Position numbers and translations under genes: made by a program. A model generated the notes under the pieces. That model ran no database searches. It saw only the letters and a program-made list of their open reading frames with translations, and was not told the DNA's origin. A DNA stretch of 64,000 bases from an uncultured Chloroflexia bacterium (GTDB taxonomy: Bacteria; Chloroflexota; Limnocylindria; Limnocylindrales; CSP1-4), in NCBI GenBank assembly GCA_963713975.1, contig OY970218.1, positions 537,451 to 601,450 of the forward strand, read 5' to 3'. Numbering within the stretch: position 1 is the first letter of the stretch; every line of letters begins with the position of its first letter. Below, one piece after another: positions 63,110-64,000 of this stretch.

Positions 63110-64000
63110 TCAGCGCTGGATGCGCGCCGATCCGCCGGCGGCGAGCGCGCGGACCTGCTGCTCGGTCGCCATGGTGGTATCGCCCGGGAAGGTCGTGAGG
63201 AGCGCGCCCTGGGCCCAGCCGAGCCTCACTGCCTCGGCGGGGGTCTCGCCGGCCAGCAGCCCGTAGATGAACCCCGACGCGAAGCCGTCACCACCTCCGA
63301 CGCGATCGTAGACGTCGAGCTCGCAGGTTGGGGCCACGACGCTGTCGCCCCCGATCCACGCGACCGCACTCCAGCCGTGGCGCGAAGCGGAGTGAACCTC
63401 ACGAAGGGTCGTTGCGACGATCCTGAGTCGGGGATACTGCTCCGCCACGCGGTTCATGACGTCCAGGAAGGCTGCCGGATCCAAGGCGTCCCGGGATCGT
63501 ACCTCCGGACCCTCGATCCCGAGCCCTGCCTGCACGTCCTCCTCGTTGCCGACCAGGACGTCCACGTGCTCGACGATCCGCCCGAGCACATCGCGCGCGC
63601 GATCCTCGCCACCGAAGGCGCGCCACAGCTTGGCGCGGAAGTTGAGATCGAACGACACGATCGCGCCGGCGGCCCTCGCCGCCTGCATCGCCTCGATGAT
63701 CAACTCCGGCGTGGTGGGCGAGAGTGCGGCGAAGATGCCGCCACTGTGGAACCAGCGGACTCCGGCACCAAAGATGGTCGCCCAGTCGAAGTCGCCCGGC
63801 GCAAGCCGTGCGGCGGCCTCGTTGGCGCGGTTGTAGAAGACGACGGGAGCGCGCATCCCGAAACCCCGGTCGCTGTACACCGACGCGATGTTGGGCCCGG
63901 TGACGCCATCGTGATCGAAGTGACGGTAGATCCCGGTGACACCCATCGAGCGGACACTCTGGGCAACGTGGTCACCGATCGGGTAGTCCACCATCGCGGT
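63110..64000 (-). CDS. PfkB-family sugar kinase, 2-dehydro-3-deoxygluconokinase (KdgK)-like; the N-terminus probably lies beyond the window end
   Basis: Contains VYDRVGGGDGFASGFIYGLL (the PfkB signature) and FDLNFR. The usual 50 or so N-terminal residues are missing before the first in-window Met. Confidence 0.85.
   Translation of the reverse strand, partial: TAMVDYPIGDHVAQSVRSMGVTGIYRHFDHDGVTGPNIASVYSDRGFGMRAPVVFYNRANEAAARLAPGDFDWATIFGAGVRWFHSGGIFAALSPTTPELIIEAMQAARAAGAIVSFDLNFRAKLWRAFGGEDRARDVLGRIVEHVDVLVGNEEDVQAGLGIEGPEVRSRDALDPAAFLDVMNRVAEQYPRLRIVATTLREVHSASRHGWSAVAWIGGDSVVAPTCELDVYDRVGGGDGFASGFIYGLLAGETPAEAVRLGWAQGALLTTFPGDTTMATEQQVRALAAGGSARIQR

Noticed and set aside
1-64000. Prophage, integron, transposon, restriction-modification or other defence islands
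   Set aside because: No integrase, transposase, terminase, capsid, methyltransferase, nuclease-helicase or reverse-transcriptase signatures were seen in any frame. The only defence-like element is the VapBC pair, apart from a doubtful ATPase pseudogene.

Overview
High-GC (about 70%) chromosomal segment. Gene content and synteny suggest an Actinomycetota- or Chloroflexota-like bacterium: comEA-comEC-holA, rsfS-nadD-obg, rho, leuS, F420-type LLM oxidoreductases, lipobox lipoproteins and an ECF sigma/anti-sigma pair. I call about 60 CDS, 3 tRNA genes (Ala-CGC, Tyr-GTA, Ala-GGC, all with encoded CCA), several terminators and several recurring operator-like motifs. I see no rRNA, no CRISPR array and no intact mobile element. 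Contents from left to right: (1) a LexA-box-controlled RecA-like (ImuA-type) gene; (2) tRNAs, a lipoprotein, a DUF45 hydrolase and a VapBC pair; (3) an orphan 1143-aa modular protein with 4.6 perfect 63-bp in-frame repeats, followed by a small beta-sandwich-like partner gene and an ECF sigma/anti-sigma pair; (4) a decayed non-coding patch; (5) a GntR-controlled operon with an AraM-like dehydrogenase, an AraL-like phosphatase and a TIM barrel, divergent from a glycerophosphodiesterase-ABC operon; (6) an RpiR-ROK-GH2 beta-mannosidase operon; (7) housekeeping genes; (8) a 16-kb carbohydrate island that combines NagA/NagB-like enzymes with a DegT aminotransferase, a Gfo/Idh/MocA oxidoreductase, a ceramidase-like amidase, a LarA-like protein, cupins, an SDR and KdgK. 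The observations most worth a second look are the giant modular protein locus, the unusual amino-sugar/aminocyclitol-type island, and three families of exactly recurring operator-like DNA motifs that tie separate operons into putative regulons. All functional calls come from reading the translated sequences for motifs. No database search was run.
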